A stretch of 64,000 nucleotides of DNA from Mageeibacillus sp. UBA5439. Lineage in GTDB: Bacteria; Bacillota; Clostridia; Saccharofermentanales; DTU023. The translations under genes were made by a program, and so were the position numbers. Under the pieces are notes generated by a model. That model worked only from the letters and a program-made list of their open reading frames with translations. It had not been told where the DNA came from and searched no databases. Each line of letters starts with the position of its first letter. Within the stretch, counting starts at the first letter, position 1. This document shows, piece by piece, positions 10,403 to 19,104 of the stretch. The stretch is from NCBI GenBank assembly GCA_002427505.1, contig DIRJ01000052.1, positions 3,230-67,229 of the forward strand, written 5' to 3'.

Positions 10403-11373
10403 TGGCGGTTGGAACACAGGAAATCCGGGCTGATACTCAAGCCATGATGCTTGAGCTTGTCAGAAGGGATCTCGCGCTGCAGGCTGCAGATGTGATTCCG
10501 ATTCTAACCGGTCCGACAGCAAGCGGTAAATCATCTCTTGCCATGGCCTGGTGTGAACAGGAAGACCGTGAGCTGATTTCTGCCGATTCAATGCAGATTT
10601 ATCGCGGTTTTGATATCGGAACAGCAAAAGCAACGCGGGACGAACAAGCACGTGTCCTGCACCATTTAATCGATATTAAAGATGCGCAGGAACGGTACAG
10701 TGTTGCCCAGTTCGTTAGTGATGCCTGTGAAATATTGGTCAGCGGCCAGGCTGAGGGCAGACGTTTTCTGATCTGCGGCGGCACGGGACAGTATATATCT
10801 GCTCTCTATGAAGGTTTGAAATTTTCAGACCCGGCTCCTAGCGAAGAATTGAGACACAGCATTAACGAAAAAATCGCTGAACGGGGCTTACAGGAGTCCT
10901 ATGCCTTGCTGGCCGCTCTGGACCCGGAAGCTGCAGAGCAGATTTCCCCTGAAAATCGCCGACGCATTGTGCGTTTTTTCGAAAAATTCGAACTGACAGG
11001 AAAAACTCTCAGTGAATTGAATGCAGAATCAAGAATGAAAACAAGAGCCTTTAATTTTCGTGTTTATCAACTGAACTGGGACAAGAGACAGAACCTTTAC
11101 AATCGAATAAATCAACGTACAGAAGCAATCTACGATGCCGGCCTGATCTCAGAGACAAGGTCCCTGATAGAGCGGCACCCTTCTTATGCAACTGATCCGG
11201 CCTTTTGTGGTATTGGCTATCGCGAAGCTCTGCAGCACATTAAGGGTGAGCTGACTGAGGCCGAGGCACGCGATAATACTGCTACTGCAACGAGACGGTA
11301 TGCTAAACGTCAATTAACCTGGTTCAGACCCAAAGAATATGTGATCCGCTTGCTCTATTCCTCTCAAGACTGA
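10402..11373 (+). CDS. miaA: tRNA dimethylallyltransferase MiaA
   Basis: P-loop GPTASGKSSLA followed by DSMQIYRGFDIGTAK. TGATG overlap with mutL. Conserved mutL-miaA-hfq order. Confidence 0.95.
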   Translation: MAVGTQEIRADTQAMMLELVRRDLALQAADVIPILTGPTASGKSSLAMAWCEQEDRELISADSMQIYRGFDIGTAKATRDEQARVLHHLIDIKDAQERYSVAQFVSDACEILVSGQAEGRRFLICGGTGQYISALYEGLKFSDPAPSEELRHSINEKIAERGLQESYALLAALDPEAAEQISPENRRRIVRFFEKFELTGKTLSELNAESRMKTRAFNFRVYQLNWDKRQNLYNRINQRTEAIYDAGLISETRSLIERHPSYATDPAFCGIGYREALQHIKGELTEAEARDNTATATRRYAKRQLTWFRPKEYVIRLLYSSQD

Positions 11374-11492
11374 CAAAAATAAACAGCAATTTCGATCTGG
11401 TCGAAGTTTTCTTCTTTTTCATTAGCTAAGATTGTATTCACCACATTTAAACCGACGAGAAAAAACGTCATTAATTTTGGGGAGGACTTACA

Positions 11493-11828
11493 ATGTCGTA
11501 TCTTGAAAAAGACGAAAACACTGTTAGCAGCACAAAGATTTCTCAAACGGGAAAAATACAGGAGGCCTTCCTTAACCATTGCAGGCGACAGAAGGTGACT
11601 GCGCGTTTGCAACTGGCAGACCAAACTGTATTAGAAGGAATAATCGTAGGTTTTGATCAGGATACCATTGTTGTGAATGCCGACAGTGCCCAACAGCTGA
11701 TCTTTAAATCAGCTGTTGTATGTATTCGCTCCTACGAGGTTACAGATTTGATTTTCAATGAAACTAACCGGAAAAAGAAGAATTACGCCTATCCTCGTGT
11801 ATATAATTCTTCCTGGTCACGCAACTGA
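11493..11828 (+). CDS. hfq: RNA chaperone Hfq (with about 20-aa N-terminal extension and basic/aromatic C-tail)
   Basis: Sm1-like VTARLQLADQTVLEGIIVGFDQDTIVV and Sm2-like LIFKSAVVCI. RBS GGGGAGGA lies 6 nt before the ATG. Position downstream of miaA fits. Confidence 0.85.
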   Translation: MSYLEKDENTVSSTKISQTGKIQEAFLNHCRRQKVTARLQLADQTVLEGIIVGFDQDTIVVNADSAQQLIFKSAVVCIRSYEVTDLIFNETNRKKKNYAYPRVYNSSWSRN

Positions 11829-11849
11829 TAAGCAGTTATTAACTGGCTC

Positions 11850-12494
11850 TTAGACGCGAAAACGCAGTAAGCCACATACTACACCCAGGATTTTACAGTC
11901 CTCTGATTCAAAGGGTATGTCCGCATAAGCTGCGTTTTCCGCTTGCAGGTGGCAATGCCCGTCGTCATCGCGGATGAGAGTCTTTACAGTAGCTTCATCT
12001 TCCAGAAGAGCCAGAATAATCTCACCAGAATCTGCAGTGCTTTGCTTCCGGACCAGGACAATATCTCCATCCAGAATTGCTGCGTCAATCATACTGTCTC
12101 CACGCACACGCAAGGCGAACATATCTTCAGTTGAAGCGTAGGTATCCTGTGGCAGTTTAAGCATGCTTTCGATATTCTCAGTAGCAAGAATAGGCAGACC
12201 GGCTGTGACTGTACCGAGCAGGGGAACTTCATCAGCTGCTGTTTCAGTTAGTTCACTTTCATCTACCAGACGAATTGCCCGGCGTCTGCCTTCAGTCATT
12301 TCAATGCGCTCCTGGCTGACCAGACGTTTAAGATGACCATAAACTGTAGAAGTAGATTTCAAACCGACTCCGCGCCCAATTTCCCGTACACTGGGAGCAT
12401 AACCGTTTGCAGTGACATAGCTAACGATAAAGTCATAGACAGCGTCGCAGGTTTCATCCACATTGGCTTTGGTGAACTGATATGTGTCTTGCAT
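11850..12494 (-). CDS. lexA: SOS repressor LexA
   Basis: Winged-helix N-terminus (VREIGRGVGLKSTSTVYGHLKRL). Ala-Gly cleavage site (VTAGLP). Ser/Lys dyad (GDSM ... VKTL). Start moved from the TTG at 12551 to the ATG at 12494, which follows AGGAGG by 8 nt. Confidence 0.95.
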   Translation of the reverse strand: MQDTYQFTKANVDETCDAVYDFIVSYVTANGYAPSVREIGRGVGLKSTSTVYGHLKRLVSQERIEMTEGRRRAIRLVDESELTETAADEVPLLGTVTAGLPILATENIESMLKLPQDTYASTEDMFALRVRGDSMIDAAILDGDIVLVRKQSTADSGEIILALLEDEATVKTLIRDDDGHCHLQAENAAYADIPFESEDCKILGVVCGLLRFRV

Positions 12495-12523
12495 TCTGAT
12501 CGCCTCCTGCATAACATAATAAA

Positions 12524-12536
12524 GAGCGTGTGTTCG
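12524..12536 (-). promoter_or_regulatory. Candidate LexA (SOS/Cheo) box upstream of lexA
   Basis: Minus strand reads CGAACACACGCTC, against the Firmicutes consensus CGAAC-N4-GTTCG. Lies 30 nt upstream of the lexA ATG, just downstream of the predicted -10. Confidence 0.45.
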
Positions 12537-12541
12537 TTTTA

Positions 12542-12570
12542 ATGATAACAAAACAAATGTTCAGAAGCAA
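12542..12570 (-). promoter_or_regulatory. Putative lexA promoter TTGCTT-17-TATCAT with a degenerate SOS half-site in the spacer
   Basis: Minus strand: TTGCTT (12570-12565), 17-nt spacer containing GAACATTTGTTT (12562-12551), then TATCAT (12547-12542). Confidence 0.45.
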
Positions 12571-12731
12571 GTAATCTTGTTCATGCAGAATTGAATATCA
12601 TCTTTATAATGCAGCTTATGGTAAAATATCAAATTATCAGTAGTTTAGTGTAATAGCAGCGTGTCCGGGGACATTTGCTGATTATCTTTAATAAAACATT
12701 CCTGGCAGATTGAGAATGAGCAGTATTATAT

Positions 12732-13235
12732 ATGGATAACGAGAAAATTAATCAATCCGAAAAGCAGAGACCACAGCGGCCGGTTCCGGTGCGTGGTTTT
12801 AGCAGCTCCGGTTTAGCAAATACTTTTGATCAAAGCAAGACTGCCCAATTGCAGACCCAGCTTGCCCGCAAATATAGCTATGCTGATTTGAACAAGACTG
12901 AGAGCATGAACACTGATTTGCTGACCCGTGGTCTGGAAGACAGATATAATCCTGAAACTGAAAAGAAACTTGGTCATAAGCTTTATCGTTTAAAAGGTTA
13001 TACGACTGTAGACAAAGTCAACCGCATGTATCAGCATCAAAAGTACCAGAGAACATTGCGCAACCTGTTAACCAGCATAATGATCGCAATCGCTTTGATT
13101 ATTTTGTTCGTCTTACATAATCCATTCAAGGATACGCAGGAGTGGAAAAAAATAACCGGCATGGACAGTTTCCTGGGAGAAACAGAAACAACTGAAAGCA
13201 TACCATCTGATGGTCTGCCTAAAATTGAGCCATAA
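12732..13235 (+). CDS. Hypothetical single-pass membrane protein (no recognisable family)
   Basis: 167-aa ORF divergent from lexA. Polar and basic N-terminal 110 aa, one TM helix (LLTSIMIAIALIILFVLH, aa 112-129), acidic 37-aa tail. The RBS is weak, so the start is uncertain. Confidence 0.5.
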   Translation: MDNEKINQSEKQRPQRPVPVRGFSSSGLANTFDQSKTAQLQTQLARKYSYADLNKTESMNTDLLTRGLEDRYNPETEKKLGHKLYRLKGYTTVDKVNRMYQHQKYQRTLRNLLTSIMIAIALIILFVLHNPFKDTQEWKKITGMDSFLGETETTESIPSDGLPKIEP

Positions 13236-13309
13236 GACGCAAACTCTCTTTTAAAGGCAGAGCTGGACAAATTTATTAAAAATCCCCCTCTTGATAAAAT
13301 TACCCCTGC

Positions 13310-13343
13310 CGTACTTCGTAAAATTTATATTTTACGAAGTACG
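13310..13343. repeat. Perfect 15-bp-arm inverted repeat (CGTACTTCGTAAAAT TTAT ATTTTACGAAGTACG)
   Basis: All 15 pairs verified base by base. Lies between the convergent genes 12732-13235(+) and 13422-13874(-). No flanking U-tract on either strand. Confidence 0.95.
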
Positions 13344-13421
13344 ATTGATGTTAAGCTAAAAGCAGGAATCCTGACAGCAGCCCTCTTCTTCTTCAGTGCT
13401 GATGAAAAAAACGGCAGAAGA

Positions 13422-13874
13422 TTAAACCTGTCCTTTTTTGAAGTAGGATCTCAAGTTGAAGTTACGAAAAATAACTGAGACCATCATGATACCCATGGCC
13501 AGGGTCATGGTAATGGCTAAAGTTTCCTGAAGCTTTGCGAAGAAGAGACTTTGTTGCCCATCTACAAAATAGACCATTGATTCGTAGATGCCTCTTCCTG
13601 GAACCAAAGGAAATAAAGCACCGATTAAAAAGACAGTGGCCGGCTTTTTTAATACACGTGCCATGATCTCCGAATAAAGTGTCAACACTATTGATGAGAA
13701 AAAATATGGAAGCAGGTATGGTAAATAATCCGGCAGCTGAAAGAGCATAAAGCTCAGTTGGCTGATGGCTCCGCCGATACTGCCTGCAAGCAAGGCCTTT
13801 CCCCTCACCTCAAAGACGATCATAAAGGCGAAGCTGGCAATGAGAGCATAAAAGGTTGATTCTACAATTTCCAT
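13422..13874 (-). CDS. Threonine/serine exporter family protein, small subunit (YjjB/DUF3815-like)
   Basis: Four to five TM helices. Start set at MEIVEST after AAGGAG, 14 nt downstream of the partner gene's stop. Confidence 0.75.
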   Translation of the reverse strand: MEIVESTFYALIASFAFMIVFEVRGKALLAGSIGGAISQLSFMLFQLPDYLPYLLPYFFSSIVLTLYSEIMARVLKKPATVFLIGALFPLVPGRGIYESMVYFVDGQQSLFFAKLQETLAITMTLAMGIMMVSVIFRNFNLRSYFKKGQV

Positions 13875-13887
13875 ACCTTGCTCCTTC

Positions 13888-14718
13888 CTAGGCAAATGGC
13901 CAGATTTTGCCCAGCAAGGCCATGCTTGCACCTGAACCGACGGCAACGGAAACGGCCAGGAGCAACACTTCGGCCATCTTGGCCAAACCGGCGCTGTAAT
14001 CGCCGGCCATTAAATCCCGTATGCTGTTAATTAGGGCAATTCCCGGGAAAAAATACATAAATGAGGCCGTCATGATTAATATGGATTCAGAGCTATACTT
14101 TGTGAAATTAACCGGCCAGAGTAATGTTGTTATCAGTACAGACCCGACTAAGTTAATAAATATGGGATTAGCATAGTGTTTCCGGATCGGCCTTAATATA
14201 TTAATCATGATGAGAGAAGCAGCAGCAGCCCAGAGTGCCGGTACTATGCTGCTGCCCAGAAGCAAGGAAAAAGCGAAGGCTGCCAGAGACACACTAAAGG
14301 CGTGAGTTTTAAAAGGATAGCCCGGAGAGTTAATAATCTTCTTGACTTCTTGCAGAGTCAGGACCGGATCTGGTGTTTCGCTTGTAATGTGACGCGCTAA
14401 ATCATTGAGGCGGTCAACCTTATCCAGATTATTGGAGCTGCTGCCCTGCATCCGTTTGCCAAAACTGATCGGTTTTCCGGAGCAGCTGCGTGCGCTGACA
14501 TGCAGGTAGTTGGAGACAGAGTATACTTCTGCTTCCCGCAAATCATAAGCATTCAGAATTCGAGTAACACTATCCTCAACTCTGATTGCCTCAGCACCAT
14601 TTGCCATCAGGCCGTATCCAAGCCAAAGCCCCAGCTCAAGACAATCTACGCTCTTATATCTTGTATCTGTTTTTTTTGCAGCAGTATCCACTGCAGTATC
14701 AAGCTCTTCCTGTGCCAT
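13888..14718 (-). CDS. Threonine/serine exporter family protein, large subunit (YjjP/ThrE, DUF1212-like)
   Basis: Soluble N-terminal half followed by about 5 TM helices. Paired with the DUF3815-like gene immediately downstream. Confidence 0.75.
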   Translation of the reverse strand: MAQEELDTAVDTAAKKTDTRYKSVDCLELGLWLGYGLMANGAEAIRVEDSVTRILNAYDLREAEVYSVSNYLHVSARSCSGKPISFGKRMQGSSSNNLDKVDRLNDLARHITSETPDPVLTLQEVKKIINSPGYPFKTHAFSVSLAAFAFSLLLGSSIVPALWAAAASLIMINILRPIRKHYANPIFINLVGSVLITTLLWPVNFTKYSSESILIMTASFMYFFPGIALINSIRDLMAGDYSAGLAKMAEVLLLAVSVAVGSGASMALLGKIWPFA

Positions 14719-14735
14719 GCTAATACTCTTTGTCC

Positions 14736-15818
14736 CTATGCTTCTGACAGATAGCCCTGTTTCAACAGTAATTCAGCAGTCAAAACCGCACCACCTGCGG
14801 CTCCTCTGATGAGATTATGTGACAGACAAGTAAACTTGTAGTCAAAAATCGGATCTTTACGCAGACGTCCGATAGTGATACCCATCCCCTTGCCTGCCAT
14901 AGCATCCAGCAAAGGCTGCGGTCTATCGTCTTCAGTCAGATAATCTAAAAATTTCTCCGGAGCCGAAGGCAAATCTCTGACAGATTCATGGCCCTGATAA
15001 TCTGCCCAGCGACCCAGGATCTCTTTTTCATCTATGTCTTTGCGAAAACGAACGGATACGGCAGCTGTGTGACCGTATTCAACCGATACACGATAGCATT
15101 GTGCTGAGATGATGGGTCTGCGGGCTAATTCGATGGTGCCGCCCTTAGCCTGACCCCAGATTCTTAAGGGTTCCCATTCACTCTTCTCTTCTTCCCCGCC
15201 GATATAAGGGACCACATTGTTTCGCATCTCATCTGCAGTTGCCAGAGTCTTCCCGGAGCCTGAAACGGCCTGATAAGTGCTTACAAAGACCTCTTCCGGC
15301 TCAAAATCCAACAAAGCTGTCAGAGCCGGCACATAGGACTGGATTGAGCAGTTGGGCTTTACAGCGATAAAGCCGTGTCTTGTCTTCAGTCGCTTGCGTT
15401 GTGTTTCAATCAAGATACTATGTTCGGGATTGATCTCAGGTATGATCATCGGCACATCCGGTATCCAGCGCATGGCTGAATTATTGGATATTACCGGAAT
15501 TTCCAGTTTGGCGATTCCTTCTTCGAGTTGGATCAGCTCAGATTTATCCATATCAACAGCGCAAAAGACGAAATCTATTTGATCGGCGATTGCGGATATC
15601 TCATCCGTACCCATCACCTTCATCTCTTTTACGCTTTCAGGCATTTCGGCTGCATAGCGCCAGCGCCCTTCCATGGCTTCGCTATATGACTTCCCTTTTG
15701 AACGTGGTGAAGCAAATAATGCAGTTATTTTAAACCAGGGATGATTTTCCAATAAAGAAATGAAAGTCTGACCGACCAGACCGGTTGCTCCGACAATTCC
15801 TACACGCAGCTTTTCCAT
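14736..15818 (-). CDS. asd: Aspartate-semialdehyde dehydrogenase (archaeal/fungal-type, about 360 aa)
   Basis: N-terminal Rossmann motif VGIVGATGLVGQ...HPWF. Active-site region KPNCSIQ. Confidence 0.9.
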   Translation of the reverse strand: MEKLRVGIVGATGLVGQTFISLLENHPWFKITALFASPRSKGKSYSEAMEGRWRYAAEMPESVKEMKVMGTDEISAIADQIDFVFCAVDMDKSELIQLEEGIAKLEIPVISNNSAMRWIPDVPMIIPEINPEHSILIETQRKRLKTRHGFIAVKPNCSIQSYVPALTALLDFEPEEVFVSTYQAVSGSGKTLATADEMRNNVVPYIGGEEEKSEWEPLRIWGQAKGGTIELARRPIISAQCYRVSVEYGHTAAVSVRFRKDIDEKEILGRWADYQGHESVRDLPSAPEKFLDYLTEDDRPQPLLDAMAGKGMGITIGRLRKDPIFDYKFTCLSHNLIRGAAGGAVLTAELLLKQGYLSEA

Positions 15819-15908
15819 TATGTCTTACCTTTCCCGCGCCCAAGGGCGTAATCCGCTTTAATTCAGCGCTAAAAGTCTATCACAAATAATGAGTTATTTT
15901 TCATAATC

Positions 15909-16952
15909 ATGATAGCGTATAATATAGATATGGCACAGGAGAATAAGAATAAAGTTGAAGATACCTTTCCGCGCCTGGAAGATTTCCTTGGTTACTACCA
16001 GGCAATTAAAGGACGCTCGCCCGGGACGATCAGACAGTATCGCTACGATCTGGTCATGTTCTTCCGCTTTATGCTGCGACCGCGTGAAAGCACGGTGCCC
16101 GAGGATGCCGAATGGGAGGAGATTGACCTTTCCCTGGTGGATGACGACTATCTGAAGCAGGTCAGGCTCAGCGATATGTACGCCTATATCAGCTGGCTGG
16201 CAGCGGCCAGAAATGTTGCCTCTTCAACCAGAGCGCGCCGCATTTCCAGTCTGCGCAGTTTTTTTGGCTATTTGAGTAATCAGGCTAATCTGCTCGAAGA
16301 AAATGTTGCCGACCGCCTGGAAACGCCTAAGCAAATCAAACAGCTGCCCAGGCATCTTAGTCTGGATGAGAGCAAGGAGCTGCTGCAGGCTGCTGCTGAG
16401 TCGGAGACGCGCTATTCCAGCCGGGACTACTGTATTCTGACACTCTTCCTGAACTGCGGCCTGCGCCTGGCAGAGCTTTGTTCCATAGATATTCCCAATA
16501 TAAAAGAAGACCGCCTGACTGTTATGGGCAAAGGCGGGAAAGAACGTACCATCTATCTGAACGGAGCCTGCATCCGCGCCTTGCAGGACTATCTTCCGGA
16601 TCGTTTTGAACCCAAGAAAAAAGATAAGCATGCTCTCTTTATTTCTCGTCTCGGCAGCAGAGTTCAGCCCCGGGCCGTGCAAAATATCATTAAAAAATAT
16701 ATTGTTTCGGCGGGGCTTGATCCCGGACGCTATTCTACGCACAAGCTGCGTCATACAGCCGCTACCCTGATGTACCAATACGGCGAGGTAGATATTAGGA
16801 GCCTGCAGGCTATTCTGGGGCATTCCACGGTTGCCACGACCGAGATATACACCCATATTGACAATAAACAGCTGCATAATGCAGTTGACAGGAATCCTTT
16901 AAATCAAATAACTCCCCTAAAAACAAAGGACACAACTACTGCCGGTAATTGA
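15909..16952 (+). CDS. Tyrosine recombinase, XerC/XerD family
   Basis: Catalytic residues in context: GLRLAEL (R), KGGKER (K), HKLRHTAAT (HxxR), LGHSTVATTEIYTH (H, Y). Neither ATG (15909 or 15930) has an RBS. Confidence 0.88.
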   Translation: MIAYNIDMAQENKNKVEDTFPRLEDFLGYYQAIKGRSPGTIRQYRYDLVMFFRFMLRPRESTVPEDAEWEEIDLSLVDDDYLKQVRLSDMYAYISWLAAARNVASSTRARRISSLRSFFGYLSNQANLLEENVADRLETPKQIKQLPRHLSLDESKELLQAAAESETRYSSRDYCILTLFLNCGLRLAELCSIDIPNIKEDRLTVMGKGGKERTIYLNGACIRALQDYLPDRFEPKKKDKHALFISRLGSRVQPRAVQNIIKKYIVSAGLDPGRYSTHKLRHTAATLMYQYGEVDIRSLQAILGHSTVATTEIYTHIDNKQLHNAVDRNPLNQITPLKTKDTTTAGN

Positions 16953-16976
16953 GGCGATAGCCAATTTTACCTGGTT

Positions 16977-17005
16977 TTTACACTGATAAAAAATATATGT
17001 TAAAT
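16977..17005 (+). promoter_or_regulatory. Possible promoter TTTACA-17-TTAAAT for the flavin oxidoreductase gene
   Basis: Hexamers at 16977-16982 and 17000-17005, about 95 nt upstream of the ATG at 17102. Confidence 0.4.
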
Positions 17006-17101
17006 TTAGGGCAGATCGACAAATTATGGTGAAACTCTGTTTAGCCCCAGCTAAAAAGAGTGAAAATAGTAAGTAGATATTATCTAAAAAAAGGAGGATT
17101 T

Positions 17102-19051
17102 ATGCAAAAATATCCCATAACTTTCAGTCCCTTAAAATTAGGAAAATTCGAACTTCGGAACCGTCTTATCGTTCCGGCTATGGACTCTGCGATGTGTGAA
17201 GATGACGGTACAATCGGGCAAATGGCTTGGGACTACTATGGCAGCCGTGCCAGTGGTGGCTTTTCTATGGTCATCAGTGAAATTGCAGCGATCGATGAAC
17301 GAGGCATGGGTATGCCCGGACAGCCTCGTCTCTACGACGATATTTATTTGCCTGGAATGACTAAACTGGCTGAATCTATTCACGCTGGCGGAGCCATAGC
17401 TATTGTGCAGTTGCATCATGCAGGGCGCGAGACACTAGAGGCCATGATAGGTGAAACTCCTTATGCCCCGTCAGTTTTACCTTCGCCTGTCTATCGTGAA
17501 ACAGTTCATGAAATGAGCACTCAGGAAGTACATGATATGGTTCAGAGTTATATAGATTCTGCCGTTCGTGTTCAAAAAGCCGGCTTCAACGGAGTTGAAT
17601 TCCATTGCGCACATGGTTATATGGGCCTGCAGTTCCTGAGTCCGCGCACTAACAAGCGTATCGACGAATATGGCGGGGATATCGAAGGACGCGCCACTTT
17701 CCACAATAGAATAGTTGCCGGCATCAGGGAAGCTTGTGGCGAGGATTTCCTGATTATTATCCGTGTTGATACAGTTGAAGGGCGTATCGGCGGACTGCCG
17801 GAAAGTGAATCAATCGCTTTTGCACGCATGATGGAAAAAGCGGGTGCTGATGCTATTAACGTTTCAGCAGGTACTTATGCCGCCTGGGATGTAATTGTTC
17901 CGCCTCCGGATTTTGATGAAGGCTGGAACTGGCACGGAGCCAGAAAGATTAAAGATAACGTCAATATTCCTGTGGGCTTAGCCGGCCGTATAGCTCAGCC
18001 AGGAATTATTGAAGATATACTTGAACGCGGAGAAGCGGACTTTGTTTGTCTTGGGCGTGCCAGCATTGCCGACCCTTCCCTGCCTAACAAGATGAAAGCA
18101 GGAAAGACAGAAGAAATCACTCCCTGTATCGGCTGCACACAGCGTTGCATGAGCTTCAATGATCATGATACTTTACAGGAAGGTGACTGGGGAGTTTCCT
18201 GTATATTTAACCCCTTCTCCAACCATCGTCAGGAAATGCAATATGGACCTGCTGAAGAAAAGAAAAAGGTTCTGATTATTGGTGCAGGTATCGGCGGTCT
18301 CTATGCTGCCCAGATTGCTGCCGAACGCGGGCATGATGTTACTATTTTTGAAAAAAACTCTGCTAATCGGGCAGGAGGTCAGTTTTTGATTGCAGCCTAT
18401 CCTCCCTTCAAACAAGGCATTACCCGTGTCATCCGCCATTACCTCCACATGTGCGACAAGTACGGTGTTGATATCAGATGGAACACGGAAGCAAATGATG
18501 ATCTGGTTCGTGAATTCGCTCCGGACGTTCTGATCGATGCCAGCGGAGCTGAGCCTATGATGTTGGATTTGCCTGGTTTTGATTCACCACAGATAGTACA
18601 GGCCAATGCCCTGCTGGAAGGAAAACATCAGCTGACGAATAGTGCCCTGATTATTGGAGGCGGCATGGTTGGAGTCGAGACTGCTGAATTCTGCCGTGAT
18701 TATTGTGAAGATGTCACTATTATCGAAATGCTGCCTGAAGTTGCCACTGATCTTTATCTGACTGTGCGTGATTCCTTGCTGAAGCGCTTCAAGGAAGAAG
18801 AGATAGATATTTATGTAAACACTAAAGCATTACGCTTTGAAGAGGGTGTTCTTTACACCGAGCAGGACGGTCAGGAAATAGCCTTCGAAGGCTATGATAC
18901 TATCGTTGTAGCTGTCGGCAGCCATGAACATAAAGTCTTTTCTGACAGAGACAGTCTGGCTCCGGAAGTATATGTCATAGGAGACGCAAAAGAACCACGC
19001 AGCGCTTTAGAGGCGATATTCGAAGCAGCTCGTGTAGCAATCAGTATTTAG
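17102..19051 (+). CDS. NADH:flavin oxidoreductase of the 2-enoate reductase / 2,4-dienoyl-CoA reductase family (OYE domain, 4Fe-4S, FAD/NAD domain)
   Basis: OYE N-terminus (LGKFELRNRLIVPAM, HCAHGY). Cys cluster TPCIGCTQRC. Rossmann motif IIGAGIGGL. Start set at the ATG after AAAGGAGG. Confidence 0.88.
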   Translation: MQKYPITFSPLKLGKFELRNRLIVPAMDSAMCEDDGTIGQMAWDYYGSRASGGFSMVISEIAAIDERGMGMPGQPRLYDDIYLPGMTKLAESIHAGGAIAIVQLHHAGRETLEAMIGETPYAPSVLPSPVYRETVHEMSTQEVHDMVQSYIDSAVRVQKAGFNGVEFHCAHGYMGLQFLSPRTNKRIDEYGGDIEGRATFHNRIVAGIREACGEDFLIIIRVDTVEGRIGGLPESESIAFARMMEKAGADAINVSAGTYAAWDVIVPPPDFDEGWNWHGARKIKDNVNIPVGLAGRIAQPGIIEDILERGEADFVCLGRASIADPSLPNKMKAGKTEEITPCIGCTQRCMSFNDHDTLQEGDWGVSCIFNPFSNHRQEMQYGPAEEKKKVLIIGAGIGGLYAAQIAAERGHDVTIFEKNSANRAGGQFLIAAYPPFKQGITRVIRHYLHMCDKYGVDIRWNTEANDDLVREFAPDVLIDASGAEPMMLDLPGFDSPQIVQANALLEGKHQLTNSALIIGGGMVGVETAEFCRDYCEDVTIIEMLPEVATDLYLTVRDSLLKRFKEEEIDIYVNTKALRFEEGVLYTEQDGQEIAFEGYDTIVVAVGSHEHKVFSDRDSLAPEVYVIGDAKEPRSALEAIFEAARVAISI

Positions 19052-19073
19052 AGATATCTGTCTCAAAAAGTAA

Positions 19074-19104
19074 GGGGGTCGTCTGTTAAGACGACCCCCT
19101 TTTT
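19074..19104. terminator. Bidirectional intrinsic terminator
   Basis: GGGGGTCGTC-TGTTAA-GACGACCCCC flanked by AAAAAG and CTTTTT. Lies between the convergent oxidoreductase and aminopeptidase genes. Confidence 0.9.

Noticed and set aside
16978-17005. Possible classical dif site just downstream of the Xer gene: ATATGTTAAAT matches the E. coli XerD arm TTATGTTAAAT at 10 of 11 positions.
   Set aside because: The XerC-side arm (TTACACTGATA) matches 1 of 11 positions in register, and a frame shift that improves it gives a 5-nt centre. The same AT-rich stretch reads equally well as a sigma-A promoter (TTTACA-17-TTAAAT). The match is probably a coincidence of AT-rich promoter sequence.
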